From NCBI GenBank assembly GCA_965215125.1, contig OZ244052.1, positions 800,001 to 864,000 of the forward strand: a stretch of 64,000 nt of DNA, read 5' to 3'. The notes below the pieces were generated by a model that saw nothing but the letters and a program-made list of their open reading frames with translations, was not told where the DNA came from and made no database searches. The DNA is from an uncultured candidatus Porisulfidus sp. (GTDB taxonomy: Bacteria > Pseudomonadota > Gammaproteobacteria > Poriferisulfidales > Oxydemutatoraceae). Shown here in pieces: positions 21,104 to 30,896 of the stretch; the first letter of the stretch is position 1; the number at the start of each line of letters is the position of its first letter. The position numbers were made by a program, and so were the translations under genes.

Positions 21104-22042
21104 ATGTCTATCTTGGTTTGCGGTTCCGTTGCCTTTGATAACATCATGGTCTTTAACGACCGCTTTAGAAATCATATTTTAGCCGATCAGTTGCATATCT
21201 TAAATGTTTCTTTTTTAGTGCCCGACATGCAACAACAATACGGCGGTTGCGCAGGAAATATTGCGTATAACTTGTCTTTGCTCAACTGCGAATCTTATGT
21301 GATGGCAACCGTCGGCAAAGACTTCGGTGATTACGGTAAATGGATGGATCGTTGCGGTATAAACCAAGACCACGTGAAAATTATTCCAGGCAGCTATACC
21401 TCGCGAGCCTTTATCATTACCGATATGGACGACAATCAGATTACTGCATTTCATCCGGGAGCGATGGAGCAGTGTCACATGAACCAAGTGCCTGCCGGTG
21501 AAGGCATTATTTTAGGAATTATTTCGCCCGACGGACGCGAAGGTATGCTCCAACATGCACAACAATTTAAGGATGCAGGTATTCCGTTTATTTTTGACCC
21601 CGGTCAAGGAACACCGATGTTTACGACAGAAGAACTGGATCATTTTATAGACCAAGCCGATTGGTTGGCGTGCAACGATTACGAGGCGCAGATGATTTGT
21701 GAACGCACCAATAACTCAATGGAACAGATTACCGAGCGAGTGCGAGCCTTCGTTGTCACCCAAGGCGATAAAGGTTCTATGATTTATACAAAAGAGAAGG
21801 TTCATACAATTCCCGTTATACGCGCCGAAAAACCGAAAGATCCGACAGGCTGTGGAGATGCTTATAGGGCAGGATTACTCTACGGCTTATCCAAAAATCT
21901 TGATTGGGAAATAACCGGGCGTATCGCATCGCTGCTAGGAGCTTATAAGGTTGAATGTTCGGGCGGACAACAACATTCTTTTTCCAAAGCAGAGTTTAGA
22001 CAACGTTATGCGGAAGTCTATGGCGGTAATATCGTTGTATGA
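21104..22042 (+). CDS. PfkB-family carbohydrate/nucleoside kinase (adenosine kinase-like)
   Basis: GGCAGNIAY, ITAFHPGAM, FDPGQ and DPTGCGDAYRAG. Confidence 0.9.
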   Translation: MSILVCGSVAFDNIMVFNDRFRNHILADQLHILNVSFLVPDMQQQYGGCAGNIAYNLSLLNCESYVMATVGKDFGDYGKWMDRCGINQDHVKIIPGSYTSRAFIITDMDDNQITAFHPGAMEQCHMNQVPAGEGIILGIISPDGREGMLQHAQQFKDAGIPFIFDPGQGTPMFTTEELDHFIDQADWLACNDYEAQMICERTNNSMEQITERVRAFVVTQGDKGSMIYTKEKVHTIPVIRAEKPKDPTGCGDAYRAGLLYGLSKNLDWEITGRIASLLGAYKVECSGGQQHSFSKAEFRQRYAEVYGGNIVV

Positions 22043-22157
22043 AATTGATGTCGCCTTAAAAGATTAACCCAAACCTTAACTGCCCTAAAACAAGAGCAGT
22101 ATATAGTATGATAGGAGCTGAACGGTTAAAATTTACTAAACGGAGGGATTACAAACC

Positions 22158-23660
22158 ATGTCTATAAGTACCGAATTTCATCAAGCGGTTATCTCTTTTA
22201 CATATTACCTAGCCGCAATACTATTTATAACATTTATTGCACTCGCAATAATGGTGGTCGTTATGTATATTGTAGATATTACCCAGTCGCAACATACCAT
22301 CAGAAGAAACTATCCGGTGATAGGACGGTTTAGATATTTGTTTGAAAGATTAGGAGAATTTTTTAGACAATATTTCTTTGCCCTAGACCGCGAAGAACTG
22401 CCTTTCAATAGAGCCCAGCGGAGTTGGGTCTATCGTGCAGCCAAGAACAAAGATACAACCGTTGGATTCGGATCTACCAAAGACTTACGACCGGCCGGCA
22501 GTATTCTTTTTGTCAACTGCCCTTATCCGACATTAGATCGGGATGCTGCCGAAACCAGTACTGTCACAATCGGGCCGAATTGCCCGAATCCCTATAGTAC
22601 TGCATCACTAGTCAATATCTCGGGAATGAGTTATGGTGCGATTTCCAAACCGGCAGTGCTCGCCCTATCCAAAGGAGCCAAAATGGCAGGATGCTGGATG
22701 AATACCGGAGAAGGTGGGCTCAGTCCTTATCATCTAGAAGGTGGTGCCGATATTGTCTTTCAAATCGGTACCGCTAAGAATGGGGTCAGAACGCTTGACG
22801 GTCACCTGGATGACAAAAAGCTTGCAGAAGTCGCAGCGCACCCTCAAGTCAAGATGTTTGAACTCAAACTCAGCCAAGGTGCCAAGCCCGGCAAAGGCGG
22901 TATTCTTCCGGCGACCAAAGTAACTGCCGAGATTGCCCAAATACGCGGTATAGAACAAGGTAAAGATGCGGTTAGCCCTAATCGGCATCCCGAGATAAAC
23001 AATAATTCCGAACTATTGGATATGATCAACCATATACGCGCCGTCACTGCCAAGCCTATCGGGTTTAAGGTGGTGCTAGGCGCTTACGGCTGGCTCTCAA
23101 CCCTATGTGAGGAAATTATCAATCGCGGTGTAGAGTCGGCACCCGACTTTATTACCATTGATAGTGCAGACGGTGGAACCGGTGCCGCGCCCATGCCGTT
23201 AATCGACGATATGGGCTTGCCGCTTCGCGAAAGTCTCGCGATGCTTGTGGATACACTTGAAAAATATAATTTACGCGAACGAATCAAGGTAATTGCATCG
23301 GGGAAATTAATTACCCCTGCCGATGTTGCTTGGGCATTATGCATAGGCGCGGACTTTGTTGTTTCCGCGCGCGGTTTCATGTTTGCATTGGGGTGTATAC
23401 AGGCACTGCAATGCAACAGAAATACCTGCCCTACCGGCATTACGACCCACAACCCTAAGTTGCAAAAGGGTTTGGTGCCGGAAGACAAAGCGATACGAGT
23501 ATCCAATTATTTCAAACGGCTTACTTATGAAACCGGAGTTATCGCTCATTCTTGCGGTGTGTTAAACCCACGAGAATTAAAGCGTTTCCACGCTCGCGTC
23601 GTAATGCCTAATGGTTTGTCCGTTTCGCTCAGTGATCTGTACCCGGAAATTAATGGATGA
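22158..23660 (+). CDS. FMN-binding glutamate synthase family protein (stand-alone, N-terminal TM)
   Basis: SGMSYGAIS, NTGEGG, KLSQGAKPGKGG and CIQALQCNRNTCPTGITT. Confidence 0.92.
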   Translation: MSISTEFHQAVISFTYYLAAILFITFIALAIMVVVMYIVDITQSQHTIRRNYPVIGRFRYLFERLGEFFRQYFFALDREELPFNRAQRSWVYRAAKNKDTTVGFGSTKDLRPAGSILFVNCPYPTLDRDAAETSTVTIGPNCPNPYSTASLVNISGMSYGAISKPAVLALSKGAKMAGCWMNTGEGGLSPYHLEGGADIVFQIGTAKNGVRTLDGHLDDKKLAEVAAHPQVKMFELKLSQGAKPGKGGILPATKVTAEIAQIRGIEQGKDAVSPNRHPEINNNSELLDMINHIRAVTAKPIGFKVVLGAYGWLSTLCEEIINRGVESAPDFITIDSADGGTGAAPMPLIDDMGLPLRESLAMLVDTLEKYNLRERIKVIASGKLITPADVAWALCIGADFVVSARGFMFALGCIQALQCNRNTCPTGITTHNPKLQKGLVPEDKAIRVSNYFKRLTYETGVIAHSCGVLNPRELKRFHARVVMPNGLSVSLSDLYPEING

Positions 23661-23695
23661 ATACATTATTTGTGTAAGTACGGCACTGGCTCCCT

Positions 23696-24373
23696 CTAAA
23701 TCTGTGTCCACATTCTAAACAGATTTGTATACAGCCACTCTAGTTCTTTACTTTCTTGAGAGTCGGGGGCTTTAGCTCTTATGCGGTTTTGCACTTTGCC
23801 GATTCTATATATCAGTTCCCGATGTAAAGGATTCGGTATTAGGCTTTGTACCCAAGTAATAGCAACCAGACGACAACCGCTTTTAATGGGTTCAACCCGA
23901 TGGGTAGTTGTTGCCGTGTATAGCACGGCATCGCCGGCGGGATATTTAGCGGTATGCGTATCGTCGCCTTCCAGTGTGCCGATAAGCAATTCGCCACCTT
24001 CGTATTCGTCCGGGTTATTTAGAAAAATAGTTATTGCGATATCGGAACGATAGAGATGCGGTGGTTGTCCCATCACCGGGTTATCGGTATGATCGCCGTA
24101 ATAGTCTCCTTCACGATATGAAGCGTAGTAGGGTTCGGCAATTTTATGCGGTAAGGCAATCGCTTGATACTCGGGATGGGTAATGAGTTTGGGCATGACG
24201 ATTGCATTGAGTTTTTCTAGGGTGGCATCGGCGTTTGAAACCTCCTGATTGTGTTTATTCGGGCGGGCATGTTTCCCTGCCGACAGGCGACCGTCTACGA
24301 AACGAGCTTGTTTGAGCAGTTCGTTAATCTTGCTTAAATCGTCGGCAGAGAGTAGCGCGTTTATTCGGTACAT
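23696..24373 (-). CDS. PKHD-type Fe(II)/2-oxoglutarate dioxygenase (PiuC/YbiX family)
   Basis: FVDGRLSAG, YGDHTDN, RSDIAITIFL..P.EYEGGEL, H.V.P...G.R and WVQS. Confidence 0.9.
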   Translation of the reverse strand: MYRINALLSADDLSKINELLKQARFVDGRLSAGKHARPNKHNQEVSNADATLEKLNAIVMPKLITHPEYQAIALPHKIAEPYYASYREGDYYGDHTDNPVMGQPPHLYRSDIAITIFLNNPDEYEGGELLIGTLEGDDTHTAKYPAGDAVLYTATTTHRVEPIKSGCRLVAITWVQSLIPNPLHRELIYRIGKVQNRIRAKAPDSQESKELEWLYTNLFRMWTQI

Positions 24374-24375
24374 TA

Positions 24376-25134
24376 TTATTGGGGGTTAAAGCTCCGCAAG
24401 TTATGGCGCAACACAACCTCTATTTGGAAGGCTTTCAGTGCACTTCCTATTCTTTGGGCTTGCTCCAGTTCACTGTAGGGACCTAGCCACACTCTATGGT
24501 ATTGTGCATCTTTGTAGGCAGCTTGAAAAATATGTACATCTTTATAGCCCAAATCGACAATTTTGCGTCGTTGTATTTGTGCTTGTAGCGCAGTTGTGAA
24601 AGTGCCGGCTTGTAAAATATAGCGCGTCGGTGATGTGTCTTCGTTATCGTCATTACCTTCATCGTCTTCGCCTGCCTTTCCATCTACTCTGTCGTCCGCA
24701 TCATCTCCGGAAAAATCCTCATCGGCTGCGTTCGGAATAATTGTCAGCTCGGTCCGATCTTGGGGGGGCGTATCGGCAATGGGGGCCGGCGGCAATTCAA
24801 ACTCTTCTAGTTCTTTGTAGAATTGATAATCTATGGACTGACTCTTGGGTTGGTTTTTAGATGCTTCGGTCGGAGCAGAGGTCTGCGACTGTGCCTTATT
24901 ATCCGCTGGGTCGGGAGCAGTCGACTCGGGATATTCACTATCACCACCGGCAGTTGAATGATAGCTGTTTAGGTATGTTATGAAAAGCGCACCTGCAACA
25001 AGCAATCCGGACAAAAAGCCTCCCCCGAAAATAGCTATAACTGCTGTCCTCTTGAATGTACTCTCACCGCTTGTGTTTTTTTTCGCCGGTGGCTGTGTCG
25101 CCGGTGATTTTTTCTTATAGTCTTTGATTGCCAT
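24376..25134 (-). CDS. SPOR-domain cell-division protein (FtsN-like)
   Basis: N-terminal TM, YQFYKEL, acidic linker, C-terminal YILQAGTF..HRVWLGPY. Lies downstream of argS. Confidence 0.85.
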   Translation of the reverse strand: MAIKDYKKKSPATQPPAKKNTSGESTFKRTAVIAIFGGGFLSGLLVAGALFITYLNSYHSTAGGDSEYPESTAPDPADNKAQSQTSAPTEASKNQPKSQSIDYQFYKELEEFELPPAPIADTPPQDRTELTIIPNAADEDFSGDDADDRVDGKAGEDDEGNDDNEDTSPTRYILQAGTFTTALQAQIQRRKIVDLGYKDVHIFQAAYKDAQYHRVWLGPYSELEQAQRIGSALKAFQIEVVLRHNLRSFNPQ

Positions 25135-25144
25135 CTGTAAATGC

Positions 25145-26884
25145 CTACATGCGTTCGGGTGCGGATGCCCCGAGCATAGTCAGTCCGTTGAATAGTATGT
25201 GCTTCACCGCAGTAATCAATATCAATCGAGCATTGCGCAGTTGTTCGTCGTCCACTAGAAAGCGGTAGTGGTTATAGTAGCTGTGGAAATCGGTTGCAAG
25301 TTCCCGCAAGTATTCCAATAATACTTGTGGTTCTTTGGTCTCGGCAGCCGTCGGCAATACCGAAGTATAGCGCAATAGAGATTTCATCAGGGTACGCTCT
25401 TCGGCTTCTTTTAAGCGGTCGAGTTTGGCTGCAACAACACTGTGGCTATAACCTTGCTCTTCCATTTGTCTGAACACGCTACAAATTCTGGCATGCGCAT
25501 ACTGCAGGTAATAAATTGGGTTGTCGTTGCTTTGGGATTTGGCAAGTTCCATGTCGAAGTCTATGTGTTGGGTATATTTACGCATCATATAAAACAAGTG
25601 CATCGCATCGCTGCCGATTTGTTTTCTAATCGCAGACAGCGGAATGAATTGTCCGCCACGGGTAGACATTGCGGTCTTTAGACCGCTCTGATAAAGGTTG
25701 ACGAATTGCACCAATATAACATGCAGTTTGTCGGCATCCAACCCTAAGGCTTCAATCGCGGCGTGCAACCGTGCCACATAACCGTGGTGGTCGGCACCCC
25801 AGATATTAATAACGAGATCGTAGTTCCTTTGATATTTATCTAAATGGTATGCGATATCGGCGGCGAAATAGGTGCTTTGTTCGTTGGAGCGCACCAAAAC
25901 CCGATCCTTCTCATCGCCGAAATCGGTTGAGCGAAACCACTGCGCACCTTCTTTTTCGTACAGCATGCCGCGCCCATCCAATTGCGCAATCGCCTTGTTT
26001 ATTCGGTCTTCGTTGCGTAACGAGGACTCGAAAAACCAATTGTCGTAGACGATGCCGAATAGTTTTAGCTCTGCCTTGATAACTTCCATCATCATGTTCA
26101 ATGCCTCTGCATAGACCGCTGAATAGCGCGTGGTTCCGAGTTCTTGTTTCATGCAGCTCAGCAAATAATCCAAATGTTTCTCTTGCGCTTCATCATCTGC
26201 ATCATTCGCCGTTTCGGGTTGCCAACTTGCGACATAAAATTGTTCGCCTTGTTGGCGATGGAGCTGGGCAGCCATATCCCAGATATAGTCGCCGTTGTAG
26301 GCTTTTGCCGGAAACTCCACCTTGCCACCGCACAATTCCAAGTAGCGCAACCATATGGAGAGGCTCAGCATTTCCATCTGCCGCCCGCAATCGTTCACAT
26401 AATACTCACATTCAACACGATAACCATTTGCTTTGAGTATGTTGGCAAGGGCAGCACCGAAGGCGGCACCGCGCCCGTGCCCGATATGCAGGGGACCGGT
26501 AGGATTCGCCGATACGAACTCCAGTAATGCACGACCTCGGCTGCCGGCCGGCGCACATCCGTATTGAGCACCCCGACGAACGATCTCCAAAACCACCTCT
26601 GCATAGGCTTTTTCTTTTAAGTGAAAATTGATAAAACCGGGACCTGCGACTGCAACCTGTTCTATAAAATCCGACTCGGGTAATTCGGCAACAATGCGGT
26701 CGGCTAAATCACGCGCCGCCATCTTTGCCGACGACGCAAGTGTTAGTGCGATATTGCTGGAATAATCACCGTGGACACTTTCTCGTGTTAACTGCACCTC
26801 GGGTTCAATTACCGTAGGCAGAACACCCGCCTTGTGCAGAGTAATTAGACTATCGCCGATCCATTGTTTAATTTGTGCGTGCAT
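25145..26884 (-). CDS. argS: Arginine--tRNA ligase
   Basis: EFVSANPTGPLHIGHGRGA, WGADHHGY, MSTRGG and YYLQYAHAR. Confidence 0.98.
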   Translation of the reverse strand: MHAQIKQWIGDSLITLHKAGVLPTVIEPEVQLTRESVHGDYSSNIALTLASSAKMAARDLADRIVAELPESDFIEQVAVAGPGFINFHLKEKAYAEVVLEIVRRGAQYGCAPAGSRGRALLEFVSANPTGPLHIGHGRGAAFGAALANILKANGYRVECEYYVNDCGRQMEMLSLSIWLRYLELCGGKVEFPAKAYNGDYIWDMAAQLHRQQGEQFYVASWQPETANDADDEAQEKHLDYLLSCMKQELGTTRYSAVYAEALNMMMEVIKAELKLFGIVYDNWFFESSLRNEDRINKAIAQLDGRGMLYEKEGAQWFRSTDFGDEKDRVLVRSNEQSTYFAADIAYHLDKYQRNYDLVINIWGADHHGYVARLHAAIEALGLDADKLHVILVQFVNLYQSGLKTAMSTRGGQFIPLSAIRKQIGSDAMHLFYMMRKYTQHIDFDMELAKSQSNDNPIYYLQYAHARICSVFRQMEEQGYSHSVVAAKLDRLKEAEERTLMKSLLRYTSVLPTAAETKEPQVLLEYLRELATDFHSYYNHYRFLVDDEQLRNARLILITAVKHILFNGLTMLGASAPERM

Positions 26885-27000
26885 GGAACGGACATTTTAC
26901 CAGTTATTCAATAATCGTCGGCTTTACATTACCGATTAACATGCCGGCTCAGTTGAATAGAACGCGTTTCGCGTAGTTTTATCGAAGGTAAATCTAAGCC

Positions 27001-27198
27001 CTACTTTGCCACCACCAACACGATGCTTGCCAAGAACACGCCGATGATCGAGGTCATTGCGACGATGCTTCCGATGAATAATGCAACTCCCCATTTACTA
27101 ATATTCGCATGAAATGCCGATTGAGCTGCTTTTATTTCCGCTATCTCAGACTTTATTTCAACTATCATTTCGTATAAATTTTCATTAGTTATTTTCAT
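27001..27198 (-). CDS. Small coiled-coil protein with C-terminal TM anchor (CCDC90/DUF1640-like)
   Basis: Heptad segment (IVEIKSEIAEIKA) followed by KW and a hydrophobic tail. AGGAG RBS and TATAAT upstream. Confidence 0.65.
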   Translation of the reverse strand: MKITNENLYEMIVEIKSEIAEIKAAQSAFHANISKWGVALFIGSIVAMTSIIGVFLASIVLVVAK

Positions 27199-27349
27199 CT
27201 GTTTTCTCCTGTTAATAAATTATAAATAAACATCTTGCTAAAGCAAGATGCTGCTCAGAGAAAGCAGTATATTTCGGTACTGATTAGGCACGATTCGGCA
27301 ATCCGACGAACGGTAGTAAATATTAGACAGACGGGGTGGTCACAACGCG

Positions 27350-29539
27350 TTAATCTATTTCCAGCGGGTCCACATCAAAATGCCAACGCACATCTTTCTG
27401 CACGGGCAAGGCTTTCACCTTTTTTACGAGTGCGGCGATGTAGCGGTTTAGCACGGTGGCACGCGGTGCTTCAAACAACATGCACGCACGGTGATAGCCG
27501 GCTTTTTTCTCCATTGTTGCCGGTATCGGTGGATAAACATGTATCTGCTTGTCTTGCGCCAACTGTTTCGCGTATCGTTCAACACGATGCAGAAACTCAA
27601 TGCTCAAGTTTGGTTGCCGCGCTTTCACACGGAGCAATGTTAAATGACAATACGGCGGTAGTCCCACTTGTTGTCGCGCCTCCAACAGCTCTGCCGATAA
27701 TGCCGAATAACCCTTCCGTAATAAGGTGCGCAATAAAGGGTGTTCGGGATGGTGGGTTTGCAAAACCACATCGCCGACTACATCACCCCTTCCCGAGCGA
27801 CCACCGACCTGTGTAATTAGTTGTGACAATCGTTCGGTACTGCGGAAATCGGGTGAGAATAATCCTTGATCTACATCCACAATGCAGGTTAATGTGATCG
27901 CCGGCAGATGATGCCCTTTGGTCAGTATCTGAGTGCCGACAATGATGTCAACCTGTTTTGCATGAATTTGCTCGAGCTGTCGGGCTAGTGCGTCTTTACG
28001 ACGTACGGCATCGGTATCTATCCTAACGGTGCGCGCATTCGGGAAAAGTGTTTGTGTTTTTTCTTCTATTTGCTGGGTGCCTACCCCGATAGCCTCTAAT
28101 GTATCCGATTGGCATTTCGGGCATCGTTGCGGTATCGCGAACCTTGCACCGCAATGATGGCAGTCGAGTTTATTAATGTGCTTATGATAGACAAGGTAGG
28201 CATCGCAATGTGCACATGTCAACGCCTCTCCACATTGACGGCACATCATCAGCGGCGCATATCCTCTACGATTGATAAACAGCAAAACCTGCTCTTGCTT
28301 TTTTATGCGGTCGTCGATCATGTCAATGAGCGGTTCGGACAAGCCACTGTTCAGCCATTTCCCGCGTACATCGATAATACGGAAGTTCGGCATCGCCGCA
28401 TTGCCGGCGCGCCGCATAAGCCGTTGGTGTTTATAACGATTACCGAGTGCGTTGTGTAAGGTCTCCAGCGCAGGTGTTGCACTGCCCAACAATATCGGTA
28501 TCCCTTCGAGCTGTGCGCGCTTAACCGACATATCACGCGCGTGATAGCGCAACGATTCCATTTGCTTATAAGAGCTATCGTGCTCCTCGTCGACAACGAT
28601 TAAACCCAGTTGTTTGAACGGCAAAAACGATGCCGAGCGTGTGCCGATAACGATTTGAACGGTGCCGTCCAATGCAAAGCTCCAGATACGCAGCCGCTCG
28701 TTATCGCTCAACCCGGAGTGAAAAACCTGCACCGATTGACCGAAACGTTTTCTAAATCGTGCTACCGTTTGTATCGTCAATGCAATTTCCGGCACTAAAA
28801 CGAGTACTTGCTTTTTTTGTGCGAGGATAAACTCGCAGAGTTCCAAATAGATTTCTGTTTTCCCGCTACCGGTAACCCCTTCCAGCAAGGTGCAGGAAAA
28901 ATTGCCGTATTCGGCAAGCACTGCTTTCACCACGCGTTGTTGGTCGGCATTGAGCTTGTGACGCGGTGCCGAGCCTGGTACGGTGATTTGTTCTTTTATC
29001 TTTACTTGCCGCCTCTCAACCAAACCTTTCTGCTCCAGACTTTTAAGCGAAGCGTGCCAGCCCTTAAACTCTATATCGAGCAGTGTTTTGTCGGCACCCT
29101 CTAGTTTTGCTAGCCATTCAAGCAATGCGCGCTGCTTGGATGCACGCTTGGAAAGCTCGGTGTCTTGCTCCCGATTGCGACAAACCCGCCAAACCTCTAT
29201 CGTATCGGGCGGCAAAGATTTATCCGAGCGAAGCAAATGCGGTAAAGCGACTTTTAGCACACCACCGAGCGGATAATGGTAATACCACGACACCCATTTC
29301 AGCAACGACAACAGACTTTCGGGGATTACGGCTTTTTTGTCCATCACCCGAATGATCGGCTTTAGTTTTTCAACCGGCACTTCCGTATTTTGTTGTTGAG
29401 ATATCACTATACCGATACAATCTCTGCCTCGTAAGGAGATTTTTACCCGCATCCCCGGTTGCACCTTCTGCCCATTGGGTAAATAATCGAAGCAAGCGGG
29501 CATCGAGGAAGGGATCGCAATTCGCAGTACGGAAGTCAT
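27350..29539 (-). CDS. priA: Primosomal protein N'
   Basis: GVTGSGKTE, DEEHDSSYKQ, NRRGY, four CxxC motifs and QVGGRSGR. Confidence 0.98.
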   Translation of the reverse strand: MTSVLRIAIPSSMPACFDYLPNGQKVQPGMRVKISLRGRDCIGIVISQQQNTEVPVEKLKPIIRVMDKKAVIPESLLSLLKWVSWYYHYPLGGVLKVALPHLLRSDKSLPPDTIEVWRVCRNREQDTELSKRASKQRALLEWLAKLEGADKTLLDIEFKGWHASLKSLEQKGLVERRQVKIKEQITVPGSAPRHKLNADQQRVVKAVLAEYGNFSCTLLEGVTGSGKTEIYLELCEFILAQKKQVLVLVPEIALTIQTVARFRKRFGQSVQVFHSGLSDNERLRIWSFALDGTVQIVIGTRSASFLPFKQLGLIVVDEEHDSSYKQMESLRYHARDMSVKRAQLEGIPILLGSATPALETLHNALGNRYKHQRLMRRAGNAAMPNFRIIDVRGKWLNSGLSEPLIDMIDDRIKKQEQVLLFINRRGYAPLMMCRQCGEALTCAHCDAYLVYHKHINKLDCHHCGARFAIPQRCPKCQSDTLEAIGVGTQQIEEKTQTLFPNARTVRIDTDAVRRKDALARQLEQIHAKQVDIIVGTQILTKGHHLPAITLTCIVDVDQGLFSPDFRSTERLSQLITQVGGRSGRGDVVGDVVLQTHHPEHPLLRTLLRKGYSALSAELLEARQQVGLPPYCHLTLLRVKARQPNLSIEFLHRVERYAKQLAQDKQIHVYPPIPATMEKKAGYHRACMLFEAPRATVLNRYIAALVKKVKALPVQKDVRWHFDVDPLEID

Positions 29540-29639
29540 AACATCGGATTATACAAAAGGGGTATTGTATCGCTATATCATAATCAACAATGATGTATCA
29601 TAGATATCAATAGTATGCATAGCTAAATCATAAATAATC

Positions 29640-29996
29640 GTGGATCCCGTCAAGATATTGAACATAACCATAGGGGAAGACAACTATCCCATCCAAGTCC
29701 CCCGTTATATGTTGGAGGAAGGCGAAAGTTTTTTTGCCAAAGTGGACTCCGACATGGACTGCGGTTGGCAAATGAGCCGCCGATGGGTAGAAAATCCCGA
29801 TACCGTTCAGCGATGTCAAATTCTTGCCGACCGAATGCTCACTGCCATACAAACAAAAAATAATCAAATGGTCGGACTGGCAGCAGCGTACATACTAAGT
29901 CGTCTACCCGGAGTAGAACATATAGACTTGGACACCACCGGCGATATCACTCTAACCCGCTTTGAGGTCAACGGTAAATCAATCCCCGACCATTAA
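29640..29996 (+). CDS. Hypothetical protein
   Basis: 118-aa ORF divergent from priA with natural composition (FFAKVDSDMDCGWQMSRRWVENP). No function recognised. Confidence 0.7.
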   Translation: MDPVKILNITIGEDNYPIQVPRYMLEEGESFFAKVDSDMDCGWQMSRRWVENPDTVQRCQILADRMLTAIQTKNNQMVGLAAAYILSRLPGVEHIDLDTTGDITLTRFEVNGKSIPDH

Positions 29997-30125
29997 CCCT
30001 AGAGACTTATCATTTCCCTCCCTAAAGGAGGAATCGCGCTTCCCCTATAGATGCTATAATTTAGCTATGCAAACAGAGATTTTCCATACCAGCCCCGAAC
30101 AACTTACGGTAAAAAAAGACAACAG

Positions 30126-30854
30126 ATGATATTACCCGACCAAGCGGTTTTAGGGGACTGTATGGAATTATTAAAGCATGTAGAAGAGGATTCTATAGAT
30201 CTAATAGCAACAGACCCCCCTTATGAAATCGGCTATTCCAATTACGCATGGGATGCAAAAAACAAATTGAATTGGGATTACTTGGCGGAAGAATTTAAGC
30301 GAGTTATCAAAACCAACGGCAGTTTGGTTATATTCCAGGGTTGGTCTAATGTTTCAAAAACTATAGCCTCCCTTTCTAGGTATTTTTATCTGAAAAACTG
30401 GATTATTTACGACCGAGTCAAAGGTCGCGGAACAAAAACAAACCTTGTTTCTACCAGAGAAGATATATTATGGTTTGTCAATGATAGAGATAACTATACA
30501 TATAACAAAATATCATCGAACATAAAAAAGAAGACCGGTGGAACCATAGGAAGAAAGAACGGCAACGAGTACAGAGCGATGTCTAATGTATGGACAGACA
30601 TTTCGCCCATTGTCCCTTGGAGTAAAGAAAGAGTTAATCATCCGACACAGAAATCTTTGCAACTGATGGACAGAATATTAGACATATTTAGTAACGAAGG
30701 CAATGTAGTATTGGATTGTTTTGCCGGAAGCGGTAGCACAATAATATCTGCGATAAATAAAAATAGAAAATATATAGGCTTTGAGAACAATGCAGAGTAT
30801 TTTCAAACCATGATAAATAGAATGAAGGAAATCAAAAAGTATAAATTATCGTAG
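30126..30854 (+). CDS. Orphan site-specific DNA methyltransferase (N6-A/N4-C, beta class)
   Basis: GDC..LL, IDLIATDPPY, HPTQK and VLDCFAGSGST. The catalytic motif precedes the SAM-binding motif. Confidence 0.93.
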   Translation: MILPDQAVLGDCMELLKHVEEDSIDLIATDPPYEIGYSNYAWDAKNKLNWDYLAEEFKRVIKTNGSLVIFQGWSNVSKTIASLSRYFYLKNWIIYDRVKGRGTKTNLVSTREDILWFVNDRDNYTYNKISSNIKKKTGGTIGRKNGNEYRAMSNVWTDISPIVPWSKERVNHPTQKSLQLMDRILDIFSNEGNVVLDCFAGSGSTIISAINKNRKYIGFENNAEYFQTMINRMKEIKKYKLS

Positions 30855-30896
30855 ATATCTAAAGCAACGCAACCGCCGGGTGCGCATATCAACCGG

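Noticed and set aside
27235-27816. 193-aa plus-strand ORF and other long antisense ORFs within priA, argS, topA, polA, ftsK and recN
   Set aside because: These are shadow ORFs opposite well-supported core genes and have no recognisable motifs.
30011-30035. Degenerate CCCTCC..GGAGG hairpin as an eighth repeat copy
   Set aside because: It is too short and diverged to assign confidently, and may simply be a terminator-like hairpin.
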